A DNA stretch of 62,870 bases, the filler included, from Jimgerdemannia flammicorona (lineage: Eukaryota), in assembly GCA_003990765.1 (NCBI GenBank). It is 2 parts of 2 records of this genome, joined end to end, with 100 filler letters (N's around TTAATTAATTAA, not from the genome) between each part and the next. Parts side by side here need not be neighbours in the genome. Positions count along the whole stretch, not along the records: positions 1 to 31,392 come from RBNJ01000404.1; 1 more part is not named here. One strand, 5' to 3'. Made by a program: the position numbers and the translations under genes. Positions 14,824 through 26,716 of this stretch are shown here, one piece after another. How positions within the stretch are numbered: position 1 is the first letter of the stretch; each line of letters starts with the position of its first letter. The notes under the pieces were generated by a model that had not been told where the DNA came from, did no database searches, and saw only the letters and a list, made by a program, of their open reading frames with translations.

Positions 14824-17081
14824 TAACCTATACCTTCAGATAACCCTCGAGATCAAACCAACCACTCCACTACCCAAGTATGAGTGATATGAACCACAGC
14901 CACCAGCTTACTACAACCTTGTAACTCATAGTGCTGTAATCTATAGAAGATATACAGACAGTGAATCCAATAAAAGTAAAGATAATATATCACTTCTTCA
15001 CCTATTAACTCTATATCCAGCATATAAGACAGATGATACTATCCTATAGGACAGCAATAAAGTCTCAATATATTACTACCTTAGTGAATAAGAAGAATTA
15101 ATCCATGAACAACTCTTCCTAGACAACTACTTTATCAGAAATAATGCTATTGATAGTGATGTCATTGAATGCTCCTTTCTTTACTATCTTACTGGTCATA
15201 TGGTTTGGTAGGTGACCTTCTGAGTTCTCTTTCCCCTATTATTACCCTCTCTACCTCAGGTTGGTTTGCTGTGCCTGCAGGGGCATGGTGAGAGGAGGGC
15301 AATGGTGATGAGTTGTCCCTTTATTGGTGTTGGATTGGTGCTTTCTTCACTTTTTTACAGATTCTGGTGCCTTCGGCTGTATCTGGGGTATACTCATTTT
15401 GGTGCAGTGCCTTCTTTCTTTTGCCATCACCAACAAGGAGTTGTCTTGGTGTGTCTCAGGCTACATAGGGAGTCAGCTGACCTTGGGCATCAAGTGCTCA
15501 GTGTAGGTTACCTGCAGGTCCTCAGTACCTATAGTGGGGTCTTCTGGCTTTGGCAAGCTTCCCAGTGAGTACAGTTCTAGCATAGATGACTGTTTTTTAG
15601 GTATTGTTAGGTTGGGAGGGGAGATGGCCATCATAGATAGGAGGAAGGATGATTATGGTGAACCAGTAGGATGCCAGGCTGGGGGCAGTCATCAGGGCTG
15701 GGGCAAGTGCTGCTTCAGTGGGGCCTTTTGATTGGTGCAGTGTGGTTAGGTAGTAGGTGTCACTCTTGGCTTCTTTTGGTGGTCAGCGGGGTTGGGCCCC
15801 AGTCATCAGGGGGGGTCGGGGGGCCCGAGGCTACCCATTTCAGGTGTCTTGGCTGCACTCAACTGGAATCGGGAGCTGATATGGCAACATAATTGAGGCT
15901 TACAGACTTGAGTAGTGGGGTATTGGAGATCTCCTCCCACCTCACATGTAAGTCCTTTACTCATCTTGACTAGGAGAACTAGGCCCTACTCACCATGTTA
16001 TACTTTGATAAGGGTTTTTCTTTGCCTATCATTCTCTTTGGGGTGGTAGGGGCTATTCTATTCAGCTTAGGTATGGCCTTGTATATATGTTGGATTCTTA
16101 GATATATGCTTTCAGTCATTGGCATATGATTGGGTTTCTCCTGGTAGTAGGGAGAGCATGGTGTGCAGAATGAGGCATAGGCCAATATAGACCCTATTGC
16201 ATCTAGTATAGTCAAGCTGCTGGACAATAGCTAGCCTAGGTTAATAGGGAGGCAGTGCTTGGTGAGTGGTGGAGGAGGGTTTTAGCCTATATAGTCTAGG
16301 TTCCCTTCCAATAAAAATCTGTAGGACATGAGTCCATTAAAAAAAAAAAAAAAAAAAAAAGTGATGTCATTGAAGACTATCCAGACAGCATCTAAATCTA
16401 TAAATAGTTTAGCAGTCATAGCATAGTTAGATTAGCCTTGTATGATGTGACTGTGAACTGACTCAGCAGTTAGATGATCTCTTGATATATCAGATCACAC
16501 TTATACTATGTGACTATATTCTGACTCAGCAAAGTACTAAGTACTACATCCATATCTAGTATAGCTTAGATAGCTCCTCACTAGTATAAATACCCCCTCC
16601 TCCAGACCTCAGAATCTCAGACTTGAATAGACTTAAATACACAAGAACATTCCTGAATACTTCTCTATAATATCCCTTCATACAACTACTCCTAGTATAG
16701 CAATATTATGAATAGTGAATAAATCTATTTAATAACCTACAAACTACTCTTAAGTAAACCTGCTCTCTGTTAGGTCCCACTCTTAACCCCATTATGAAAT
16801 TTCCTAATTGGGTATTGTCTGCAGCGATATGCCAATTCAACTAAGCTGGTCTTAGTTTCTTGAACTTCCTAAAATATGAAAAATTCTGAATATCTAAAAC
16901 TAGTCCAAAAAAGGACTTTGGTTGAGATGTCAACCCAATCTTGAAATCAATAAGCATGGAGGATATACTCCATATGAAATTGATCTGGACCATAAGAAAA
17001 CAGTCTTCCAGAATATCCAGAACTTCCAGAAAACCCTTTCAGAACTATGTAACAGTTACTCTAAAAAGCAACCCTCTTACA
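14824..17081 (+). mobile_element. 3' part of a family-B LTR (ORF C-terminus to ...CTCTTACA), interrupted by a SINE-like element
   Basis: Colinear with 56654-57698; sequence resumes after the 15-bp TSD at 16360-16374. Confidence 0.9.
15170..16360 (+). mobile_element. ~1.2 kb non-autonomous poly(A) retroelement (SINE-like), copy 1
   Basis: 15-bp TSD AGTGATGTCATTGAA at 15155-15169 and 16360-16374; AATAAA then GAGTCCATT(A)n; homologous to 19632-20640 and 30201-31392. Confidence 0.9.
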
Positions 17082-18050
17082 CTAATACTGTTTTACAATA
17101 TTCTAAAAGGTTCTATGACTAGTTAAGATAAGATACTTAGTACCAAGAAAAGACAAGAATATTCTAGTAGTGTCTGAGTGCTAAGAGAAGGTTTCTAAGT
17201 AAGTAGAAGGTAGTGAAATATAGTAGAATATTTAAGAAATGATAAGAAAAGACTAACTAAAAGATGTAAAAATATACTAAGACTAAATATAACTGTGAAA
17301 TTATTATATAGTTTATCAAATATATATATATATAGTATTCTATCTTATTACTCAATCTCTTTAGTAGAACTTTCTTCCATCTTCTCATATTTGAAGGCTA
17401 TCTTACTATCTACTACTACAACCCTCTCTTTATTCTATCTATAAATTTTCTCTACTAAACATGACTTATGATCTATTTACAGACCTTATCCCAGTTATTA
17501 TCTCATCAAAATATCTACCATTAACTCTTCTTATCTTGCCAGCTACTCTCCCAATAAGCTTTCTTATAAAGACTTATAAGAATATAGATCTTGCTTAAAA
17601 ATAAGTACTCTCTAGTAAGATAATAGTAGAGGATATAATTTTTAGAAAGTATAAAAATATAAGTATAAAGTCATTAGCTTATTTATGAGTCATTAATCTC
17701 AATAATTATAAAGTTATATTTTTGTTCTCTCTAACAGATTGGAAAGAGATCAGCAGTTAAATATTATCTCTACTATAGTTTAATATATTAATAGTAAAGT
17801 CAGTATTAAGATTTACTAAGGTATATTAATATATTTTCTCTTTCTTTTTTCTAGTATAGACTCTTAAAAATAATTTACATCAAGTCTACTATAGAAACTA
17901 AAAACTATAGTATTATTAGAAGTATATTGAAAAATAAGTAGAGTGAAAAATTGTATCTTATATTTTCAAAATAGTTAATATTAAAACTATTTAGATAAAG
18001 AAGGAATTATAAAATTTATCAGAAAGAACTAAAAGAGAAAGACTATATAG

Positions 18051-19601
18051 TATCACATAGTGGTCACTGAGTTCTTCAAATATGTCAGATTCTCTTCAAG
18101 GTGTATCTCTTAGACTAACTCAAGTTTGTTATAAGCAAGTTCTTATTGGAGTGCCTTCTCAAGAACTTATAGTTCTCAAACTTCTTATCTTTAAACCTTG
18201 TTATCTCTTTAGATTGTTTATAAGAAATTGTATATATTGCACTGAGAGAAACTGACTTTATTTTGAAGGAAATAAGAGGGATATTTATACAAAATATAAT
18301 TCAATAGTTGCTAAGATATAAAGCTAAATATAAATTCCAATAACTAAATAAAATGCTGGAATACAGAAAACTGCCAGTTCTAGTATCAGTACAGATAGTT
18401 ACATAGGTTCAGGATGCTGATATAATTTCAGTGATATAGAAAAAGGGTGCTGGAATAATTCTGAGTTACACAAGATCAGAATGCCAGTAAAGGAACAGTT
18501 GTTATACAGGAAAAGGATGCTGGTATAATTTAGTGTAACTAAGGAACTTAGAGAAGAATGTTCAGAACTATAGGGGTTATATCTTCATCAGAGATCAGAA
18601 TATCTTCAAAGGAGATAAGGTCTGCAAATGTTTCATCTATCTTGCAAGATGACATCATTGCTGATGATGTCATTATATTCAGTGGCAGCAAGATCAAAGA
18701 GGTCCAGGGCTCTCTAGTCTATGAGGTTTTCTTCTACAAAATAGGGAATAAATGTAGGTCTTAGGGAGGTCTAACTTGGATACTTGGGCCTTGGAATATT
18801 GAGATCAATCCTTACAGAAATTGATCTGGGTTGTCCTGGAAGATAGGATGCCAGAAGTCTTCTACTTTATTACTATTGAGGGTGATAGTGGACTGGGCTT
18901 CTGTAGCTACCCTGGCTTTTAGTGTATTAATATGGTGGGCTGACAGATCTCTAAAATCTAAGACTCTAACATACTCTAAGTTGAAGATTAACCATGGTGT
19001 ATGTCTGAAGATCTTATGAATCTTCTTAGCTATCCTTGTTTCATATATATTCATGGGAGTGGCATCTTGTAACTCTTGGGGACTGGCCTGTGGAAACTCC
19101 TAGTAGAGAAGGTTTCTTATTTCATACTTCTGCCATATTTGGAGACATTTGGTAGCAATGGTGATTCTTGTTTCCATTTCATAGTAGTAGAGAATGAAGT
19201 TATAAGGATCTCCAATACCCAGGTTGAGACTAGGAGTCCTTCTTGTGTAGGTCCTCATAACTCTTCTGATGTCTTGGAATATTCTTTCTTCAACTGAGGT
19301 GCCTTGGTGATTCCTTGACCTTGAGGTTTGATGAGCAGTAGATATTTTATTTGTGGTAAGTCTTTGAGCTATTTTGGGATTGGTGGATCTTGTTGAGTTG
19401 CTGCTACTGCAGTTTCTTGATCTTTCTTTTATATTCCTCAGGATGCCTGTACTGTAGTCACAATGACTCACAGTTGGTCATCATTACTCATCTTGTAGCC
19501 TAGGTGAGTCATATCATATGATCTTCTTGTGCTCCAATCTGATAGCTTGTAAGGAAGGCTGTCTCTTATACTGATGTCATTATTCTGAGGTCACTAAGAT
19601 A
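18051..19601 (-). mobile_element. Solo LTR of family A (~1.55 kb) with a degenerate internal ORF
   Basis: Reverse complement matches 50647-52210 end to end; ORF pieces 19100-19471 and 18812-19054 match the LTR ORF; TSD not convincing. Confidence 0.9.
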
Positions 19602-19631
19602 TGTATATATGAGTAATTCTTTAATATGTAT

Positions 19632-20640
19632 CTCTTTCTTCACTATCTTACTGGTTATAAGATTTGATAGACAACCTTCTGAGTCCTCTTTCTTCAACTT
19701 TTCCTTCCTCTATCTTAGATTGGTTTGCTATATCTATAAGAGTATGGTAGAAGGAAAGCAATAGTGGTAAGTTGCCTCTTTATCAGTATCAGATCAGTAT
19801 TTTCTTTACTTTTTTGTAGTTTCTAATAACTTTAGCTATATCTGAGGTATATTTATTTTAATATAGTGCTTTCTTTCTTTTGCTATCATCAATAAAATAT
19901 CATCTCAGTATATCACAAACTATATAGAGAGTTGGTCAATCTTGAGTATTAAGTATCAGTATAGGTTATCTATAGATCCTCAGTATCTATAGTGGAGTCC
20001 TTTGGCTTTGACAAGTTTTTCAGAAAGTATGGTTCTGATATAGATGACAGCTTTTCAGATAGAGTTGAGTTGGGAGGAGAGATGGCTGTTGTAGATAAGT
20101 AGAAGAGCAATAATGGTAGACCATAGAGTACCAGACTAAGGGTTGTTATATATTAGAGATAGTGTGAGTATTATCTCAGTAGGGCCTTTTAATTAACTAG
20201 CAGAGGGTGAGGTAGTATAAGAGCCAGTATTCTAGCTATACTTAACTAGAACTGAGAGCTGATGTAGCAATGTAATCAAGGCCCACAGACTTAGAGAGTA
20301 GGTCTCCCCTCATTTGGCAGTATCTGACTAAAACCAGAAGCTGATATAGTAATATAATTAAGGCCCACAGACTTAGGAAGTAAGAGTGAGACTTTTTCAA
20401 GCCTTAGCCTATATATCAGTCTTTTTGAGGGAATTCTACATATAAGTTCTTTACTCATCTACTTTGAATCTATTATGTCTTCTATTGGCTAATTGGAGGG
20501 TTTCTTTATCTCAGATCTTTATTTGGGGTTTGGGAGACTATTTCTTATTTAATCTCAGCATTATTAGATCTGATATATTAGTATATACTTATATATAATA
20601 GTTACAATAATCCAGCTCTGGTGAATAGACAAGTCTAGTC
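19632..20640 (+). mobile_element. SINE-like element copy 2, heavily mutated, 3' end lost
   Basis: Colinear with ~30210-31208 apart from C>T/G>A changes; joins directly to an LTR-B' fragment. Confidence 0.8.
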
Positions 20641-21785
20641 TATATAGAACTCAAGAAAGCCAACAACATTAAAACCAATTTCAAGCCTATCTATATGATA
20701 GATGTTACTATTAAAAATTGCCTCAGATTATAGAAAATATTATTTCTAAAAAGTTTGAACTCCCAGCTATAACAATGGAAGCTCTCATCCTAGACAAGGA
20801 TGGTCAGTCCTTATAAATATACCAATAGTCTAAAAAAAAAGAGAACTAAGACCTATTATTTCTGTATAATTATCTATAAGATCTATTTGGAATAATGACC
20901 ACTAGCATAAGTACCAATCTGCATTTATACTTAATTACTTTAACTATAATAAAGAGACTAGAGAATACAATCTATATCTTTAGACAATCCTTAAGATTGA
21001 ACCAACAACTCTATCTCCCAAGTATAAATAAAATGAACCACAGCAGAGGAGGAAGAAGGTCCAATAGGAGCCAAGGGAGTGAACCCAGAGCCAGTGTCAA
21101 AGTGAACGAAAGATATGTAGAAGAGCATGTATAAGGGGGATGAACAAAGAACATAACTGAAATTGTATCAGCCATTTATTGCCATGTAAAAATGCAGTCC
21201 TTATATACAAAATATGATGTCCCAAAAGGGAGGACGCGCCACAACTCGGAGTGAATCGAATTAGGAACCACATGACTGCCAGAGATAAGTGGAGATAAAG
21301 GGGGAGCCAATCCCAGTTGCAGGATAAAAATCACAAACAAACACAAACAAAACAAATCCAAATTGAGATTAAAAAACATTCTTGCCCCCTCCGGGATCTC
21401 GCACTCACTCCAGGGTCTTGGCCTTACTCTGCTCCTCTCTGCTGCCTTCAGCCCCTTGCTTCACTCAGGCTCGCTGCAGCTCGCTCCATTTCAGCCTCAC
21501 CCCTCACTCACGCTCACCCCTCTGGGGTCTGCAGATGTTTTTTAATCTTGATTTGGATTTGTTTTGTTTGTATTTATTTGTGATTTTTATCCTGCAACTG
21601 GGATTGGCTCCCCCTTTATCTCCGCTTATCTCTGGCAGTCATGTGGTTCCTAATTTGATTTGCCCTGAGTTGTGGTGCATCCTCCCTTTTGGAACATCAT
21701 ATTTTGTATATAAGGACTGTGTTTTTACATGGCAATAAATAGCTAATGCAATTTCAGTTATATTCTTTGTTCATCCCCCTTATAC

Positions 21786-22991
21786 ATGCTCTTCTACATA
21801 TCTTCCATTCACTTTGACACTGGCTCTGGGTTCACTCCCTTGGCTCCCGCTGGGCCTTTTTCCTCCTCTGCTATACTGCCTGCCCTCGGGGCCTCCATCC
21901 TCGTCAACGAGCTCATAGATGAGGAACTTCCTCCTCCCCCTCCCCCCGCCTTCACCCCTGCCACTGTCTCATTCGAGTCTTATGTCTCATCTACCATTCT
22001 TTCCCTCCCCTTGGATCTTTGTCTCTCTGGTCATCTGCTCCTCTCTCAGTTCTGGTCGGTTCTTGCCCTCTCCACCAAGGAGGCTTGTCTCTGCCATGAT
22101 GTCAACATCGTCACTCCGCCTGCCATCCACTACTCTGTTCTCCCTGAGGTCTGCCGCCAAGCCCTCTCTGAAGAGGTTTGTGCCACTACTGCCACTGCCA
22201 AGCTCGCCACCACTGATACCACCGCTGCTTCCGCCGCCACCACTTCCACCTCCTTCCACCATACCTGTACCGCCTTTGTGGCCTTTGCCTCCTCTCGCCT
22301 TTCAGATGCTGCCCACTTCTGTGGCTTCGCCATCCAAGACATTTCTTCTGTTGCTGCCGACATCAATGCTGTACATCATTTTCTCCTCGTTGACATCTCT
22401 TTTATTGCTCACCTTCACGAGCAAGAGATGTCACGTGCTGCCGCCACTGCTCATGCTGCTGCCACTGCTCCCCTGCCTACCTCCCCTGAGGTTTCGGTCT
22501 CCGAGGCCATTCATGCTGAAGCTCATGCTGCTGCTCGTGCTGAGGTTCGTTCCTTCACCGCTGCTGCTGCCAAGACCCCCACCAAGCCCAATCAGGCTTC
22601 ATTGGCTTCTTCTCAGTCCCCCTCTCCCACCAAGACTTCCTCCTCCATTCCCCCTGCCCCCAAACGTGGTCACCAACTTGGTTCTTGCCCTGTCGGGGCC
22701 TGGCCTTGTGCTGTCTACTCTGGTCGCCTCCACCGTGCCTACTGGCACCTGGCCAAGTCTGTCTGTCCTCATGGTGGTATTCCTTGTGCTGCTGTCCCTT
22801 TGGCTGCTTGCTTGCCTTCGGCCTCCTCCGCCGGTTCCTCCTCTGCCTCCTCCACCCATACCCCTGAATGTAAGGGCTGCACGAAAGCCTATGGCTGCAA
22901 GGTCTGGCACTCTGATGGGGTGTGCTCCCATTCGTCAGGCTTATCACCTTCAAAAAAAGTCAGAGAGAAGGGGAAGGCCTCTCGCTCTTAA
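21786..22991 (+). CDS. PLE ORF1-like protein (Ala/Ser/Pro-rich, C-terminal Cys/His clusters), possibly pseudogenised
   Basis: 401-aa ORF starting inside the pLTR; C..YSG.LH.....CPH and CKGC...GCK.WH...C.H motifs. Confidence 0.6.
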   Translation: MLFYISSIHFDTGSGFTPLAPAGPFSSSAILPALGASILVNELIDEELPPPPPPAFTPATVSFESYVSSTILSLPLDLCLSGHLLLSQFWSVLALSTKEACLCHDVNIVTPPAIHYSVLPEVCRQALSEEVCATTATAKLATTDTTAASAATTSTSFHHTCTAFVAFASSRLSDAAHFCGFAIQDISSVAADINAVHHFLLVDISFIAHLHEQEMSRAAATAHAAATAPLPTSPEVSVSEAIHAEAHAAARAEVRSFTAAAAKTPTKPNQASLASSQSPSPTKTSSSIPPAPKRGHQLGSCPVGAWPCAVYSGRLHRAYWHLAKSVCPHGGIPCAAVPLAACLPSASSAGSSSASSTHTPECKGCTKAYGCKVWHSDGVCSHSSGLSPSKKVREKGKASRS

Positions 22992-23077
22992 ACTTCCCCC
23001 CAGCATGGTTCTCCCCTGGTGTCCCCGTCCCTTCTCAGATTCCATCATCACTTCTGGTGTGCCCTGAGTAGTTCCTC

Positions 23078-24893
23078 ATGTTGTCCCCCCTTCGCCTTTC
23101 CCAGTTGCTTGTCCCGAACTTTTGGGTTTACTCTTCTCTTAGAACTCTTTTGTCTCCTCCTTTTTCTTGGGCTGACTGCCCCCTTTCTCCCCTTCAAGTC
23201 TTTACCTTATTCTTGAGTCCTCACTTTGTTTTTCCTGCGACTCCCTCACAATTCTTCTTTACCGATCCAGCTCATCTCACATATTTTTTTCATGCTCTTT
23301 ACCTTGCCATTTTCTTTCAAGATCATAGTGAGATGCCCTCTTGCTATTTTGTTTCTAGCAATTGGGTCCCCCCTTCCAATGTCTCTTCACACTGCATATT
23401 CCTCAACATGGCCTGCTCACTGTCCGTTCCCAGATGCACTCACTCTTGCTTGGTTTCAGACCATGCCATGTATATCACACTTAAATTGGTCAAGCAATTG
23501 CCTATGTATTTACTTACAGTCACTGATAAGAATCAGGGTTTTGTACTTATTCCTAAGTCACTCTACCTTGATGGCCTTTCTGCCCTCCTTCGAGCCATAG
23601 CTTATGAGCCTAGTGCTCTTGGATTGGATGAGATTCTCACTCTTCTTCAGGTTTCTCTGGCTCGTGCCAGATTGCTTTCAGACTCTCTATTCACAAACCC
23701 CATTTTTAACTTCTTCCAGGACTCTTTGTCCTCTCTGGATATTTCTCTTCTGGTTTTCTATGCTCTTCCTAAAGTTCACAAGCCTACTTTGGCTTGGCAT
23801 CCCATTACGGCTACTTACAGTTCTTCTACCACTGAGATTTTGAAGTGGCTATCCCACTTCTTTCTCTCCTGGATAGCTCTCTTACAATACCATCTTGGGT
23901 CTGAGTATACTATTCTTCATGATACTCAGGAGCTTGCCCTTCTCTGCTCCACCATTATGTCTGTTCATCGTTTTTCCCATTTGGCCTCTGGTGACTTTTT
24001 CTTCTTTTATACTGCTATTCGTTTTGATGAGATCAATGATTGTCTTTGCTTCTTGAGTTCCATTGTCTTTTCTTTGGATTCTCCAGTTTCATTGGCTTCC
24101 ATTGTTGAGCTTATGCTTCTCGTCTGTGGCTCTAATTATTTTGAGTCGGCCCTTAGCTCCTTTCACGACTTCTGGTATTACCATAGGAATGAATTGTGCT
24201 CCCACCCTTGCCAACCTTATTGGCCTGGCCCATGAATTGCATGCGTTACATGATATTACTTCACCTCTTTCCATTGCATTTCAGGCTGGGGATATCTTCT
24301 TTTGCCATTACATTGATGACTTCATTGTCTTCACTGTTGCTGGTGTTGATATCCCTAGTGTGTTCCTGGGTATTTACCCTCCCCACCATTCCATTACTTA
24401 GGTGTGTGGTATGACTAGTATCCCTTTTTTAGACCTTTCCATTTCTCTTTCTCCTTTCCGAACTGTTGTTTATTCTCATTTTCTCCATTCCCAATAGTTT
24501 CCTGACTTCTTGTCCAATCATCCTCATCGCACTCTTCTTGAATGTATTCAGGGTGAGGCTCATCATCTTGCATTATACTGCTCCCATCACTCTGATTGGG
24601 TGTCTGCTGTTCGGGTTCTTGGCAACTTCATTGTCCATCCTCATATCTACTCTATTTCTATCGTTCGCGATCTGCTTGCTTCTGTTGAATGGTCTGTTGT
24701 TTGCTCTTCCCTACTCTCTCCTCTTTATTCCCCCTCCCTTCCCTCTCTCCCCCCTTACTCTCTCCATACCCCCTCTTATTTCCTGCTCCTGATTCTTGTC
24801 ATACTATTTGATCATACTCACTGGGTCGCTCAATGCCCTGATACCATCCTGCACTCTTCTCTTTCATGCCATAGACTTTCATCTCTTTTCTGA
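23078..24893 (+). pseudogene. Penelope-type reverse transcriptase (frameshift near 24150, some stops)
   Basis: TDKNQG, FYALPKVHK...HPI, SGDF..FYT, GITIGMNCAPTLANL, YIDD, PFLD, SNHP...IQGE motifs; reading frame ends ~100 nt before the pLTR. Confidence 0.9.
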
Positions 24894-26716
24894 TGCCCTC
24901 TGATTGCTCATTCGCATCTTCCTTCTGTTTCTTCTTTAATCCATCACTCTCATTTTGCATTTTTGTCATCTTCTGGTGCCTCCGGCTCTGCTGGAGAGGA
25001 TTAAAAAATATCCTTGCCCCCTCCAGGGTCTTGTGCTTGCTCCGGGGTCTCGGCCTTACTCTGCTCCCCTCCACTGCCTTCAGCCCCTCACTTCACTCGG
25101 GCTTGCTGCAGCTTGCTCTGTTTTGGCCTCACCCCTTGCTCACACTCACTCCTCCGGGGTCTGTAGATGTTTTTTAATCTCGATTTGGATTTGTTTTGTT
25201 TGTATTTGTTTGTAATTTTTATCCTGCAACTAGGATTGGCTCCCCCTTTATCTCTGCTTATCTCTGACAGTTATGTGGTTTCTAATTTGGTTTGCCTTGA
25301 GTTGTGATATGTTCTCTCTTTTGGGACGTCATATTTTATATATAAGGACCACATTTTTACATAGCAATAAATGGCTGATACAATTTTGGTTACGTTCTTT
25401 GTTCATCCCCCTTATACACGCTCTTCCACATATCTTCCATTCGCTTTGACACTGGCTCTGGGTTCACTCCCTTAGCTCCCGCTGGGCCTTCTTCCTCCTC
25501 TACTAGCATACTATATCTCTACAACACATTGTACCATTATCTACTAAAGATATATAGACAGCAAATCCAATGAAAACAAAGATAATGCACCTCTTCTCTA
25601 TCTACTGATATCCTACCCAATATATGAGACAGATGATACTATCTTATAGGTTAGTAATATAGTTCTAACCTACTACTATATAAATAAATAAAGAGATATA
25701 ATCCAAGAACCACACTTCCTAGATAACTACTTTATCAAAGATGATATTATTGATAATGATATCATAGAAGAATATCCAGATAGTATCTAAATCTATAAAT
25801 AGCTTAGTAATTATTAGTATAGTTAGATTAATCTTATACTATATAACTGTATACTGACTCAGCAGTCAGATGATCTCTTGACATATCAGTTCACATTTAT
25901 ACTATATGGTGCGTGCTGCAACAAAACCAGACAAAGTGAACATCGAGCAATTGTTGAAAAGACGTTATTTTCCTTGCCTCTTGGCAGGCTTCCTCATTAG
26001 CATCCAGCATACCATCGCTGTTATCCCGGCCGTAGCCAAGATGGCGGGAATTAGTCATAAAGAAGATATTTGACTTGAATTACTTTTTTCTTCAATTTTA
26101 TTCTTACCTCAGATTTTGGCGTATTTTTCGGGGTCACGGAGTTTTTCGGCTATTCGTTCGTTTTCCATAGTGCCTGAAATTTTGTTATCAGTAGGTCGTG
26201 CTTCATTCGGTAATCATCATCTCTGCAGTTTGTATCTAGGAAATAAACCAACTACCAGTTCAGAATTATGATAATTATCGACAAAAGCCAAAGGAGTTTT
26301 TGATTCTTCATTTTTAAGATTTCACTCTTCTCGAAGTCAAATTTTAACAGTGAAATCATGACAAACTTTCTTGTCTTCCATCTTTCACATTAACTCCTTA
26401 AGCATTTCACCAACTTCGTTTCAAGTTTCTTGGTCGATGGCGTTTATGTCATTGGGTAGATGGTTCTTGGTGGAGATGCCCGTAATTACCATGTTAGCAT
26501 ATGGGGCATGCTGCAGCAAAACCAGACAAAGTCAATACAAGACTATACACGTAAGGTTGTGACTTACTCGATTTATTTTGTAACAGGATATTGTCAATAA
26601 CTACAACCGCGACCATAAAACAGAAAGCATTTTAATTGTCCGAGTCTATGAATATCCAAATATGTTCACTCATGATTTATGCGTTACTCTGTTCTTGCGT
26701 GGCGTGGACTTGGTTT

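Larger units (their letters stand above)
21045..25501 (+). mobile_element. Penelope-like retroelement with ~503-bp pseudo-LTRs (21367-21869, 24999-25501) and a 335-bp inverted arm (21045-21379)
   Basis: Direct and inverted repeats read directly; PLE-type RT motifs inside; no GIY-YIG motif seen. Confidence 0.88.
20641..25908 (+). mobile_element. Fragment of variant LTR B' (20641-21044 and 25502-25908), interrupted by the Penelope-like element
   Basis: Matches the reverse complement of ~41140-41930 and the 3' half of the 55636-57698 LTR; host sequence is continuous across 21044/25502. Confidence 0.85.

Noticed and set aside
17082..18050. AT-rich stretch with intron-like signals, possibly a DNA-transposon relic
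   Set aside because: Too decayed to assign a motif
18046..19606. TSD for the minus-strand solo LTR A
   Set aside because: Flanks TATAG vs TGTAT differ by a transversion; not claimed
21367..21869. Hammerhead ribozyme in the pLTR
   Set aside because: No CTGANGA...GAAA core found by eye in either copy; a covariance-model scan is needed to exclude it
21919..23067. 382-aa Leu/Pro-rich ORF overlapping PLE ORF1
   Set aside because: Alternative frame of pyrimidine-rich sequence that cannot easily form stop codons
21045..25501. DIRS/Ngaro element or TIR DNA transposon (suggested by inverted and split repeats)
   Set aside because: RT motifs are PLE-type; no tyrosine recombinase, RNase H or transposase seen
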